From Sphagnum compactum (Eukaryota), in NCBI GenBank assembly GCA_965153455.1, contig OZ234493.1, positions 3,286,001 to 3,350,000 of the forward strand: a stretch of 64,000 nucleotides of DNA, written 5' to 3'. The translations under genes and the position numbers were made by a program. Every line of letters starts with the position of its first letter. The stretch's first letter is position 1. Positions 27,051 through 38,700 of the stretch are shown piece after piece. The notes under the pieces are model-generated. The model was not told the DNA's origin and made no database searches. It worked only from the letters and a program-made list of their open reading frames with translations.

Positions 27051-27820
27051 ATTTAACATGGGCATGGTGGGCTCTATATGTTGGGCTCAGACGAAGGCCA
27101 TTACAATTTCCTGATGCCCTTTTTATGAGCTGAAGGGCTCATTAATGCCCTTTTATGGGCATAAGAGCCCATTTTACTGTACTCTCAATCATAATAATAC
27201 ATGCTCCTTTTATTTAAAGGTTGAGCCTTACACAAAGTAAATCTCTTGGAGTGGGGCATTGTCGATATGTGGTTTGCTGCCCCTGGCTATTGGTTGTCTT
27301 CATTTGGGAATGCCCTGCTCCTGGAGCCTTACCTACCATATAGGTAAAGCTTTTCATATGGCCTTTTTTGTGTAGGGTAAAGCACTCGGAGCAGGGCATT
27401 TATGGCCTGGGACCACCCAAGGAGGGCCCATATGATGGGCTTTCCCACCTTTCCAGGCCCACCTTAAGGGAAGGTACTTCAGGAATGAAAGCTTTGCCTC
27501 CTGTGGTTATTATGTGTAGGGTAATGCCCAAGGAGGGAGGAGTTCCCAAAATAACTATCCTTGTGGGAGTCAAGGGTTGTTATTTTGGGAACTCCCTGCT
27601 CTATTATGAGGGAGTTACTAGGTGTAAAGTGTGCAACTTGTGCCCGAGATGGAGAATCACAACGTAATGGATGAAGAATTAAAATTTCTTGATAAAGAAA
27701 CAAGAGATCCCACAAGACATGATGAAGAAGTGGGAAATCCCTACGAAATTCATATTTGAAATTATTACTTGTAGTGTGCCCTCCTTAATTAGTGTACTTT
27801 TCTTGGTCAAGGGGTTTATG

Positions 27821-30254
27821 CTGGCCTCATAAGTTTATGGATTTGGCAAAAACCCTTATGGATATCCATAAACTAAGCTTCGGCGCCGTCCATAAACTAA
27901 GAAGGGTTGTTTTCCCACGGTTTCGCGTAGCACGGGTTGTGCACCGGTGCCGTTCACAATCATCGGTGCCTCGAAATGTCGAAGAAGCTTGCCACGCCAT
28001 TTCAGCCGGCGCATTGCCTCCAATTCGGACTGAAGATCGCCGAGGAGGCGAACAAGCGCGTCACGTCGGTGCGCTGCAACTTCTGTGCCTTCTTCGGCCG
28101 CGCTAAGCTCAAGGCTGGTGACGAGCACGCTGGCGAAAAGCGCCAGCGCAGCTCGCGCAACAACACCAAGTACTGGACGTCGTTCGCGCCGCAGAACTAT
28201 CGTAGTCACCACGAGTCGCAGCACGCCGATCTATGGGCCGAGTACAGCGCGTTGTCCAACGAGGAGAAGTGCATGCACTTTCATGGCAAGGCGAACTGTG
28301 CCAACACGCTGCACCGGTACGTTAACTTGGAGTTCGACTCGTTCAAGTTCCACGTGTCGGCGCCCATCGTCGATGTCATCATCTTCGACCTGTTCTTTCG
28401 GCCCGACGAGGTGCTCGTCGACTTTGACGACGACGACGACGAGGACGATGGCGGCGCGGCCGCCGCGATCGCCAAGAACGCCGCCGCTAAGGCCAAGCAG
28501 AAGACTCTGGCGCTCAAGCTGTTTGTCAAGGACGTGGCGAACGTCGATGAGGACGAGTATGTCGTCACCATCAAGGGCACGATGCAATACGAGCTGCCCA
28601 TGGACCATGTCTCGACGGGAATGTCGTTCCGCCAAATGGCGGCCGCGATGCAGCATACCAAGGAGCGCTGCAGCCTGTCCAAGCTGGGCGGCATCAATGA
28701 CACCATCGTCGGCCAATACGTTCGCGTCCGCGTCACGTTCGCCCTTCAGCGCATTGCCGACCTGTGCGTCGACGAGTCGATCTGGGTGCTGTCACTCGCC
28801 GGCGACAGCAGTACCCACCGCGGCCAACACTTCTTCAACCTCCGCCTACGCGTGTGCTACCGCGGCGTCCTGCTAAATCTTCACCTCGTTGCCATCCCCC
28901 AGTTTCACCGCCACACCGTGCTCAACACGTTCAACATGCTCGTGAAGTTCCTGGACGTGCTGTACGGCCTCTGGCGCCGCAAGCTAATCAACGTGGGCAC
29001 CGATGGCGAGCCGACCATGGTCGGGCGACTCAACGGCCTAGTGACGCGCATGGCCCGCGAGGCAGAGCATCACGTCCTGCGCATCTGGTGCCCGCCGCAC
29101 GAAATGGACGTCGTCGTCAAGGACGGCGCTGAGATGCTGTACGACGGCGAGTGGTCCAAGCAGGCCTGGTCGCTGTCGGTCTATCTACGGCAAACCTAAT
29201 CATGCGCATGAACGTGAAGTGCCCCAAGAAGACCAACCGTTGGCTCAGTCCGGGCGTGCTGCTCAACTTCCTCAAGCAGTACCGTCGCACCATCGTTCAG
29301 CACGTGACGGCCAATGCCAGCGACAAGCTGCTGTCGGATCGATGGTGGGTCATTGCTTACGCCATCGAGGAGATCAATAAGACGTTCGTCATGTTGTAGA
29401 GCCGCTCGCAGATAATCGCGCAACAAGAATCGCTCATCCAGACGCTCATCGGCACTCTGGTCGCAATGTTCGGCATCGTCCACGCCGGCGACGCCGACGA
29501 CGACGGCGACGAGTTCGAGACGTTCGAGCAATGGCGCATCGAGCGAGTCGAGTTCGTCCTCTACGTTAAGGACCAGGGCTCGTTCCCCAAGTTGTGCTAC
29601 AAGCGCCTGGACGCGCCAGCCCAGAAGGAGGTCATGAGCCAGTTCGCCCAGTACGCCATGTTCATCGTCACCGGGCTTGGCAACATCCGCGCTGAACGCG
29701 ACGAAAACAATGAGCCGTTCGAGCAAGATGCCCTGCCGGTGATGCCTAACCAGATCGTCAAGCTACGCCACGGCGACTTCATTGAGCAGGTGCTCGACCC
29801 GTACCGCGACCATCTCTCCAAGTTCTGGTCCGAGGAGTCCATCGACTAAGTCGAGGAGGGTCATCGCTACCTGCTCAAGATGTACAACGAGGACGCGGTG
29901 CTGCATGCCGCCTTGGACAAGCACGACGTGCAGACGACTTTCAACGACGCCTAGGACGCGGTGCCACAACAAGCGCAGGTCGAGCGCCTGCGCGCCTTCC
30001 TCGACGGATTGGCCACCGCCTTCGCCAACACGATTGCTGTCGAGTCCGACTTCTCCATTCTCAAGTGGGAGATGGATGAGTTCCGCACCTGCCTGATGCA
30101 CTTGTCGCTAGAGGGCATCTTCCAGACCAAGCAGCACCCCATCCTGCAGAGCTTGGAGTACTGATTCCTTGCGTCCATAAACTAAGCTTGGGTGGCGTCC
30201 ATAAACTAGCTTAGTTTATTTAGTTTATGGATATCCGTAAACTTACGAGGACTG
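27821..30254 (+). mobile_element. GC-rich hAT-superfamily DNA transposon, full length with TIRs and an 8-bp TSD
   Basis: Perfect TSD GGTTTATG (27813-27820 and 30255-30262). Imperfect TIR CTGGCCTCATAAGTTTATGGA versus reverse complement CAGTCCTCGTAAGTTTACGGA. Repeated subterminal CCATAAACTA motifs at both ends. Confidence 0.93.
27976..30164 (+). pseudogene. Disrupted intronless hAT transposase
   Basis: MSKKLATPF... with a Zn-finger-like CNFC...HHESQH, catalytic LAGDSST and GTDGE, CxxH (WCPPH), and C-terminal VESDFS. Frameshift at ~29195; premature stops at 29397, 29847 and 29952. Confidence 0.88.
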
Positions 30255-33200
30255 GGTTTATGCCTTCGTTTACTCCCCTTGCAAGGCATAATTGACAAGC
30301 CTTTGAGGGTTTAGTTGACCAAACCATTGTTGAAAATCCACAATGGGGGTTTTCAACAAATGACTCATCATGCAAATCATGAAATCCATTATGCTATAGA
30401 GCATGCCAAGTACAAGCCATTGTGCCTATTTCATTGCCCATTCAAATAATTTGGCTTTAAGGACTCAGCTCGCCCAAATTCCTCACAATCATTTCATTGG
30501 GCACAATAATATGTAATAAGTCATTAGGCATTTCGCAAAGCAAGGGTGTGTTACTTATAGTGTTTCATGGTAATTTGTTTTTACAAAGTAAAAATGTGTT
30601 GTGTTTTATGTGTTTTACATCGTGCAATGGCCTTGGGCCAAAAGGTTCTTGAAATAATAGGCCTTTAACCTCTAGCCTTAAGGGCGCACTATTTTGGGAA
30701 TGCCTTAGTCTTGGGGTGTTACCATAGGCATAAAAACTTGATTGTGTTCTCTAGGGCATTTGTAGGTACCTTACAAAAGGTGCAATCATTTGGGGTCACT
30801 TTATAAATTTGTAAAATGTGTTATAAAGTGCCTCTAAGGTGGGAAATTCAAATTATGTCAGTGTTTTATGTAAGGGAAGGGCAAATCAAATCAAGAGCCA
30901 TGTCATTATTAGAATTAGGAACTAGCGTTGCCATAATGCCACTCATGCCTTTGAACAATGAAAAAACCTTACCTATTTTTCTCTTTTGTATTTGCAAGTA
31001 TGTCCTTAGGGAGAATTGTTAACGGGTAGAAATATCTAGACTAGTTAGTTTCTTACCCAAGGGGTGAAGCTACCCAAGGGGTGAAGCTAGTGGGATTAGG
31101 TAGCCCAAGTTAGTGAGTGGTTGGGATAATTCACCTAATATTTAGAAGATTTTTAAGAAGGGATTAAGATAAGGCCTTATTTTTTAGGGGTCAATGTGTG
31201 CCTTGTGTGGTATGTGGGGAAGAGGGACTAGAGGAAGTGGGGGAGGATTGGGGAGGGACATTCGAGACTTTTGGAGTGGGACATTGGAAATGTAGGACTC
31301 TCATAAAGAAGGAAGGAAAGAATGAAAAAAGATGTATGTACTTTGTGTGTGATTTTAATGGAAGATGGTTGAAGGACTTGAACTTCTTGTGTTGTATTGG
31401 TATTCTAGTAAGGGTGGAAGGTAGAGTAGTTGATAATATACAAGTAAGATGTTTTTTTGAAATAATATGTTTACAATTTTTTTAAGACAAAAAGTAACAA
31501 GGCTTCCCATTGGTAGCTTTTGGAGCAATACGCTATTGGCTGCCGCAGGAAGCTAGCAACCAATCCTTAATGGAGGATAGCAAGGGGGGAAGACCAGCAA
31601 ATAACTGCTTGCAAATTGAAAGGTACAACAACATGCAGTAGGCACATGTTAACAGGGAAGGCAAATGGTTATAGATGGTAGAAAGTAGAGGAGGGATTTC
31701 TTGAAGTGATGTAGGCAGCAAACAAGGCCATAAGAGGACTTGCAAGTGTAGGAGAGAAGGGACAGTAGTGGTAGAAGGTTGGCAGATCTCTTAGATAACA
31801 TCTAGGGGTGTTGAAGGTACTGCAGAACTAGGAGAGTAGTTACTCTTGGGTTTTGCCCATTTCTCATGTTTCCCTTTTCTATTTTCTCCCCCTTACCCCT
31901 TGGTTTATATTACTTATTAAAGGGTAGGTTTAGTCATAGGTAGTAGACCTTTACCTACCTCATTCCTCTTTGTATGATTTCTTATTTATTACTTGAGTAG
32001 TTGTAGTAAAATAAGTTAATGAGGGTAGTTTTTTGTGTGGAGTAATAAGGTGTTGACCTTGTCTTCGAGTTTTACCCCTTGGAAAATGGTAATGATCGAA
32101 GGTTGCAATTTCACCCCTTAACAATAATTTTCATGTGCATTGAGGGGGCATTTTGTGAATTTGTAAAGTTTTCCTAGTATGTTTTTTCCTAATGCAAAAG
32201 ATTCATATTTAAAAATTATATTATCTTTTTAATGTAAGGGAAGGTTTAGGCCAATAGGCATTGGTTTGTCTATAGGCATGACAAAATAGGGTAATAGGCC
32301 TAAATGGGCATTCATTTGTTTTTAGGCAAAGAAATACATACCTCTATGCATAACCTATTGTTGTGGCCTTCTTTTACAAACAATGAATGTAATACCATAC
32401 ATATTTCAGCCATGGGCATTTGCCAATGTGACTTTTTTAGTGAACTTTTGTTTGTTTAACTCATTTCAAGCTTTTTGTTTTGTTGCAACTTTATTCTCAT
32501 GTGTTTATTCCCCACCATCAATTAAATGAACACATTATAGGCCCTCCTTCTTTAGTTCTTGCAACATTTAAATTCTTAACACCATAACTTCTTGAGACCA
32601 ACCTTTTAATCTAACTTCACAAATGTGCAACTTGCATATTAATGATTGATTTTTTTAGGTGTAAATGGTTACTTTCAATTGTAAATGTCACATGTGATTT
32701 GTTATAATGTCTGCTCGTTTTGGACAAGTTGTATAAAATTTTAATCGTAAAAAAATGATGTACCCATTTAGTGGCAACAATAATCACATCAAAGTGCAAC
32801 TAACATGAACTTTCCATTTAATTAACATTTAGCCAATGTGGAAGAATCATTTATGATTAGTTTTTATGACTAAAATGTGCAATCACATATGCTTATGTGA
32901 TACAACTATTTGCAATTAAAATGTGTAGTCATATTTGATATAGAAAATTAGAATGTACACATGTGACAATAAATAATACTTATTAATTAATCTGTATAAT
33001 AAAAAATAGTGTAATCATGATAGCTACCAAGTTTAAGCTAAAGTAGGGTAGCGAACCTATTTTAAGCTAAATTTGGTTATGATAAACAACCTATCCTAGG
33101 TTAAACTAAGGTATAATACACAACTTAGCAAAGTTTAGGTCGTTAGGTAAGTTTAGTATAGGGAAGTCTTGGGGGCGACACTTAGTGTAAAATTTGGGAT

Positions 33201-34209
33201 CTATGTGCATCAAACGACCATTTTTAAGGGGTGTATTAAATAATTGTTCAACTTATTTTTTATCACTCTATTATCATCTTATTTTTTAATATATACATAT
33301 TCAAGCCACCCTATATTAATTATAATCCATTCTTTCATATTATTAGGTACCTTATGTTATAATTAAATTAATTATTTGAATAAAATGTACTTTATTTTTT
33401 AATTAATTAACGTTTACCTAACAACCAATATATTGCACCCTATATTTTTATTCACGTATTTTCTACTTTAAAAAAAAATTAGTGTCCCCCCTAGGAGGGA
33501 AGTGGGTGTAGGTGATAGGTTTAAGTAGGTACATAAATAGGTAGGATCTTAATTTGTTTTTTGTTCATGGTCACAAGCTTTTTTGATTGGTTCATTTCAA
33601 ATGGCACATACACTTTGAATGTCCATAATGCACACCATGAGTAGTCCTTTCTTTCACATAATTATATATTTTATAAAATTAAAGTTGTAAACAAAGGATA
33701 TGAGGATAAATTTTAATAGAAAGGAAACACTACAACATTATGTAACTTAATACATCCTTTATTTTGTGCACAAAAACATTATCACATATTCACACAATAA
33801 AATACTTAGTGTTTAACTTACATATTACTTAGTCTATTTAATAATAAATTATTTAACTTACATAATTAATTAATTACCCTTTTATTTAAGGCTATTCTCA
33901 ATTATTTTAAGTTATTTCTACCTGTTGTTATAAAATATTATATGTTATTCCACCCTAAGATATTTTGGTTATTTTATGTTATTCCACTTTAAGGTATTCT
34001 AAGTTATTTTACCCTAGGTTATTCTTGATTATTATAGGTTATTCCAACCTAAGTTATTTTTGGCTATTTGAAGTTATTCCACCTTACACTATTTTTGATT
34101 ATTTAAAATTATTCCACCTTAGGTTATTTTAGGTTATTCTACTTTATTCCACCCTAAGTTATTTTAGGTTATTTTACCCTAGATTATTTTCAACTATAGG
34201 TTATTCCAT

Positions 34210-35741
34210 GGGTAAAAACACACTACAATAGACAATTTTGGAAATCACAATGGTAGTTTTTTCTGAGTGAGTAAAGTAATGTTGCATTGTATTCAAATTT
34301 ATTTGAAAAAAATTGGTAAAAATGAGATGAAAAAATTGAAACCTAAATTTTAATCTTTCAAACCCAAATTGTTTTTACCAAAAGGGTAAATGTTCAATTC
34401 AAGGTGGACTTTACAAAGGATGGTACATCTAATGTTATTGTCATAACCCTAGCTTGGGCCAAGGCAAGGGCTTGCAAAGGTGCGGGCCAAAAGTGAAGCC
34501 CGGGAGTCACATTTCATGCTCTCAAGAGTGTAGGAAAGTGTGAGGGAATGAACCTCTACATTCCCAAGTGAGCTCCCACTTTGGGAGTTCTAATCCCATT
34601 GGAGTCTCGAATTTTTAGAGAACGATTACAAGGGTCAAAACTCATTGAATTGAAAATTTTCTTATACCATTGTGAATCTCTTGAAACGTAGATGTGTAAA
34701 ATGGGGTCACATGACCCATTTAGGTACTTAAGACACAAGTTATGGCCAAAGAAAGGCGGGAGTCAAACGACCAATTTGACTTCCGACCACTAGAAGTTAG
34801 GAATCGTCCTGATTTACTTGTGTGCAGATGACGTGCCACATATCGTTAGAAAGTTCTCAATGAACGATATAACTTTGCTTCAGACCTCACTTCAATCGAA
34901 GGTTTGCACAAAAAGTTATGGGCCTCCAAAGTCGCGATAGTCCCAATTTAGGGAATTTTGGGACTCCCAACTTGGGAGTCTCAAGACAAAATGACATTTG
35001 GGTGTTGGCCTTGTGGCCAGGCACAAAAAATACTACAAGGGGGAAGGTGGTGGCCTCCCCAAATCCAGGCCGTGATGAATCTTATGAGTTCGTGTTTGCC
35101 CATGGTTCGTCCGTGCACCAGAAGTGCTCCAATTATGCATTATCTAATTTATTGTTTAGTTTGTGTAGGTCCATGTGAATAATTGACCCACTTGTCACTC
35201 GTCCTAGTCCCCATCTCGGAGCTCCAGCACGCCCTTCTACCCCCGAATTGTTGCGAGCCAGGGAGCGTACCGCAACTGTTTATCCTTTCGTTGTTTTCAC
35301 TTTTGGACTCGCAATTAAGTTTATCAAGGAGTTTGGGTGTGCGTTAGTCACAATCTAAACTACCTCCAAAAATTTATCATTAGATTTTTTTCTTCTAGTG
35401 GAGCTGAAAACTAAGTTTATAATTTTTTACCACCACACATTGAAATACCATAACATTTAAGATGAAAGAATAAGTAAAAAATAGTTTTTCAAAAAATTTA
35501 AGATTTAAAATGAAAACTTCAAATCCGTAAAGTCCATTTCGATATCTAAATTAATTTGTTCAAGGCCCATACTTCTAGAGGTTTTAAAACTAATTTAAAT
35601 TATGGTGGTATGAACTTGGAAATGGAAAAATGTGTTAATTTCAATAGCATTTAAATATATTTTTTGAAAAATCACTAAATGTGGATTGTAAAAATGGACT
35701 TTCATCTACCCTTTTTGGGTGAGCATAATGTGCATTTACCC
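34210..35741. mobile_element. Non-autonomous TIR element inserted in the minisatellite
   Basis: Left end GGGTAAAAACACACTA versus right-end reverse complement GGGTAAATGCACATTA. Flanked by CCAT on both sides. Confidence 0.5.
34439..35346 (+). mobile_element. Solo LTR (~0.9 kb)
   Basis: Begins TGTCATAACCCTAG and ends ...GTGCGTTA (decayed TCA). Flanked by GTTAT/GTCAC, a 5-bp TSD differing by two C/T changes. More GC-rich than the flanks, with no PBS or internal coding region. Confidence 0.7.
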
Positions 35742-38700
35742 CCATTTCAAATTATTTTACTCTAGGTTATTTTTAGTTATTATAAATTATTCTTGGTTAT
35801 TATAGGTTATTATGAATTAATCCACCTTAAGCTGTTTTACCCTAAATCTATTTTTGGTTATTTTAAGTTATTTGCCTTAGGTTATTTTAAACTATTATAA
35901 ATTATTCCATTATAAGCTATTCTAAGTTATTCTACCTTCGGTTATTATTTGTTATTTTAGGTTATTCTAAGTTAATTCACTTAAATTATTTTACCCTGTG
36001 CTATTTTTGACTATTTTATGTTAATCCACCTTAAGTTATTGTTGGCTATTTTAAGTTATTCCACCCTATGTTATTTTAATTTATTGAACTTGATTATTCA
36101 AAGTTATTCCACCTTAGGTTATTTTAAATTAGTTTTTGTTAATATAAGTTATTGTAAGCTATTCCACCTTAAATGGTTTTTGGTTATTTTGTTAAAGCCT
36201 AATATGAGTTATTTTACCTTAGGTTATTTTAGGTTAATTATCCCTAAGTTATTTCAGGATATTGCACCTTTAAATATTTTCAACTATTTTAGATTATTTT
36301 AATTAGCTAAATTGTTCTATTTTGGTTACAATAAGAAATTAATGAAGAAATAAAATACACAAACTATAATGTGCAAAGACCATATTTATAAATAACTATT
36401 ACATTGAAATTGTGCTTCATTGTAGAAAGTTTTTAAAGAAAATTAGACCACGAAATCCAATAATCCCATTTGTTTGGAAAAAACAATTTTGCACCTACAC
36501 ACAATTTTATTATGTTGAAATTTGAAAATGATGGTTCATTTTTACCCTTCTTAGTGGTCTTTTAAAAGTTTCACAAACCTAGCAAATTTTATTATATAGT
36601 TAATTATTTGTTCATTCAAGATAATTAAGAAAAAAATTCAAACAACAAATCTAGTAATTTTGTTAACCATAACATATTTTGTTTACATTTAGACACATGT
36701 ACATGTGCAACTATAATATATAGTCGCAATTCAACTTAAATAAAATGCCACGTGGTGTCCAGTCACCTATGAATCACATTACCAATCACGAAAACAATAA
36801 AATTTTCATCTATCATTAGATGCCAGTAGTTGTTGTATGATAAGACTAGATCTTTTTTCTTCATTGTCGTCCAAATTAGTAGTAGTCACAAGTCATAATT
36901 GCATATGCAATTTAAAACCATTTTGTAATTGCATATGCGATTACAATTTGTTTTTACCATGTGCCATGAAGGATAATTGCATTGACAATCACAAAAAATG
37001 GTTGATTTGGAGTCCTTATAGTGTATGTCCCAAATTTTGATTGGAACAAAAAAATGAGAATTACTACAAATTTATAAACATGAATGTAGTGGTCCAAGGA
37101 AAGACCTCTTGGTCCTAACCTTTGAAAATTACTCAAAAAAATATGGTTGCCTCAATCTACTATCTATTAAACAAATTAAAAAAAGGACTGCTTGAAGCCT
37201 TCCTAGAATTTAAAACCATCAAAAAAATGAAAAATTGTTTTTTTTTGTGTTTTGAACAAAAGGAACCCCAAATGTTATTTCCTTGAAACTTTTTTCTTGA
37301 CCACTCATTTGGAATATTAAAATTAAATTTTTTGTAAATTCAAGTGAAGTTTCAAATCCTACATGGGTATTCTTTTGATATAAAATTTGAAATAAGAAAC
37401 TTTCCGTAAATGAATCTTATGTTGTTTTGAAATTGGGTGGTTTTCAAAAATTTTGGGTGAGATGCTTTTAACAGGACCATGTAAGGATGGGTAGACCCCA
37501 AAAGGTTTCAATTGCACTACAAAAGTTGTAAGCTTCCACAATTTAAATTTGGGCGATAACTATTTGTTGGTTACCTTTTGACTTCCACTCCCATTACCAC
37601 CTTTGATGTTTTATTCGTGGTTGGTAAAGGATGTCTTCTATTTTATTTCATGAACATAGTGATTCACCATTTATTCATATTAAAGAGTGAATCATGGCAA
37701 ATCTTGCCTAGGTTTGATTGCTCTAAAACATGACATTATTTTGCTTCCTCTTGTTTGCCTTCCTTTTGTTTTCCCCTTAATTTGTCCTTGGAATAAAGTT
37801 TTGCAAGTTCACATCATGAATATAGTTCATTTGTCAATTCTTCATCTTCAAATCCTTTTATGACGATTTAAATCAACCTAGAATGGTAGAACCCTTATTT
37901 TCCCCCCTTTTCTACATGATGGTAAAAACCTTATCTAGGCTTTATCCATGGTGTAAATGCCTTGCTTTAAGGGCTTCACCTTTTAGAAAAAATTCTTAAT
38001 GTATTGAAAAGGCAACTGGAGAACTCAAGAACCTAAATAGTAGGCATAAGATCCCACCTAATATCACCTTGTGATTTACATATATTTATGATAAGTCCAG
38101 GATTTATTATCCACCTTAAAAAATATCAGATCCAATTGTTTCCATCATCATTTTCATTGTAGCCTTTGTAACAAAATAGATGCAAAATCCCGAAAGAAAG
38201 AAGATGTGTTTGATTGTTGAAATAAAAGTGAAAAGAAAGAAAATATTAAGGTTCGATTTTCAAACTTCAAACGTGAAATTTTATAGCTTCATTTATTGTA
38301 AACCTTTGCCTAGTTGGGGAAGAAAAAGAAACATAAAACATAGGTGAAAGCATAGTTAAGTGGATAGTTTGGATTGTTATATTTGTATTTTAAATGACTT
38401 ATAGATGAACTTAACATGTAATTCAACATTAATGTTATCAAATTGTCCATGTTGAAAATTTCTAGTTCAACAGTTACTTTTTTATTTCTAAAAATTTCAA
38501 CATATGTGTAATATATGTAATATAATTAATTAATATTTTAACGATATTGCATTGCGTTAGTGGTTAGATGGATGCAAAGTAATTAATCTGGTTAGGCAGG
38601 TCTTTAATTCAAAATTGGCTGGTTAGACATTGAATTCTATTAAAAAAGAAAACCATACTAAATTTTTGAAATTAAACACTTTCTCGATCATAAAATGAAA

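Larger units (their letters stand above)
27200..31800 (-). mobile_element. Highly decayed second Penelope-like retroelement, interrupted by the hAT insertion
   Basis: Minus-strand remnants in PLE RT order: IPKI..RPII-like (~30650-30705), MGT..P.FAN-like (~30530-30570) and a frameshifted RYIDDGFMIW-like segment (~30370-30410). The remnant appears to continue left of 27813. Confidence 0.45.
33880..36320 (+). repeat. Degenerate minisatellite array (TTATTCCACCTTAGGTTATTTTAGG-type units), interrupted at 34210-35741
   Basis: Many GGTTATT, TTATTCCACC and TTTTACCCTA units at 33880-34209 and 35745-36320. Confidence 0.8.

Noticed and set aside
27856-30178. Many overlapping alternative-frame and antisense ORFs inside the hAT element
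   Set aside because: Expected by-product of very high GC3; only the transposase frame has conserved motifs.
27821-30254. GC-rich island as bacterial contamination or an assembly chimera
   Set aside because: It is bounded by TIRs and a perfect 8-bp duplication of host sequence, and it encodes a eukaryotic hAT transposase.
36018-36302. Hydrophobic 94-aa ORF
   Set aside because: Translation of the T-rich minisatellite.
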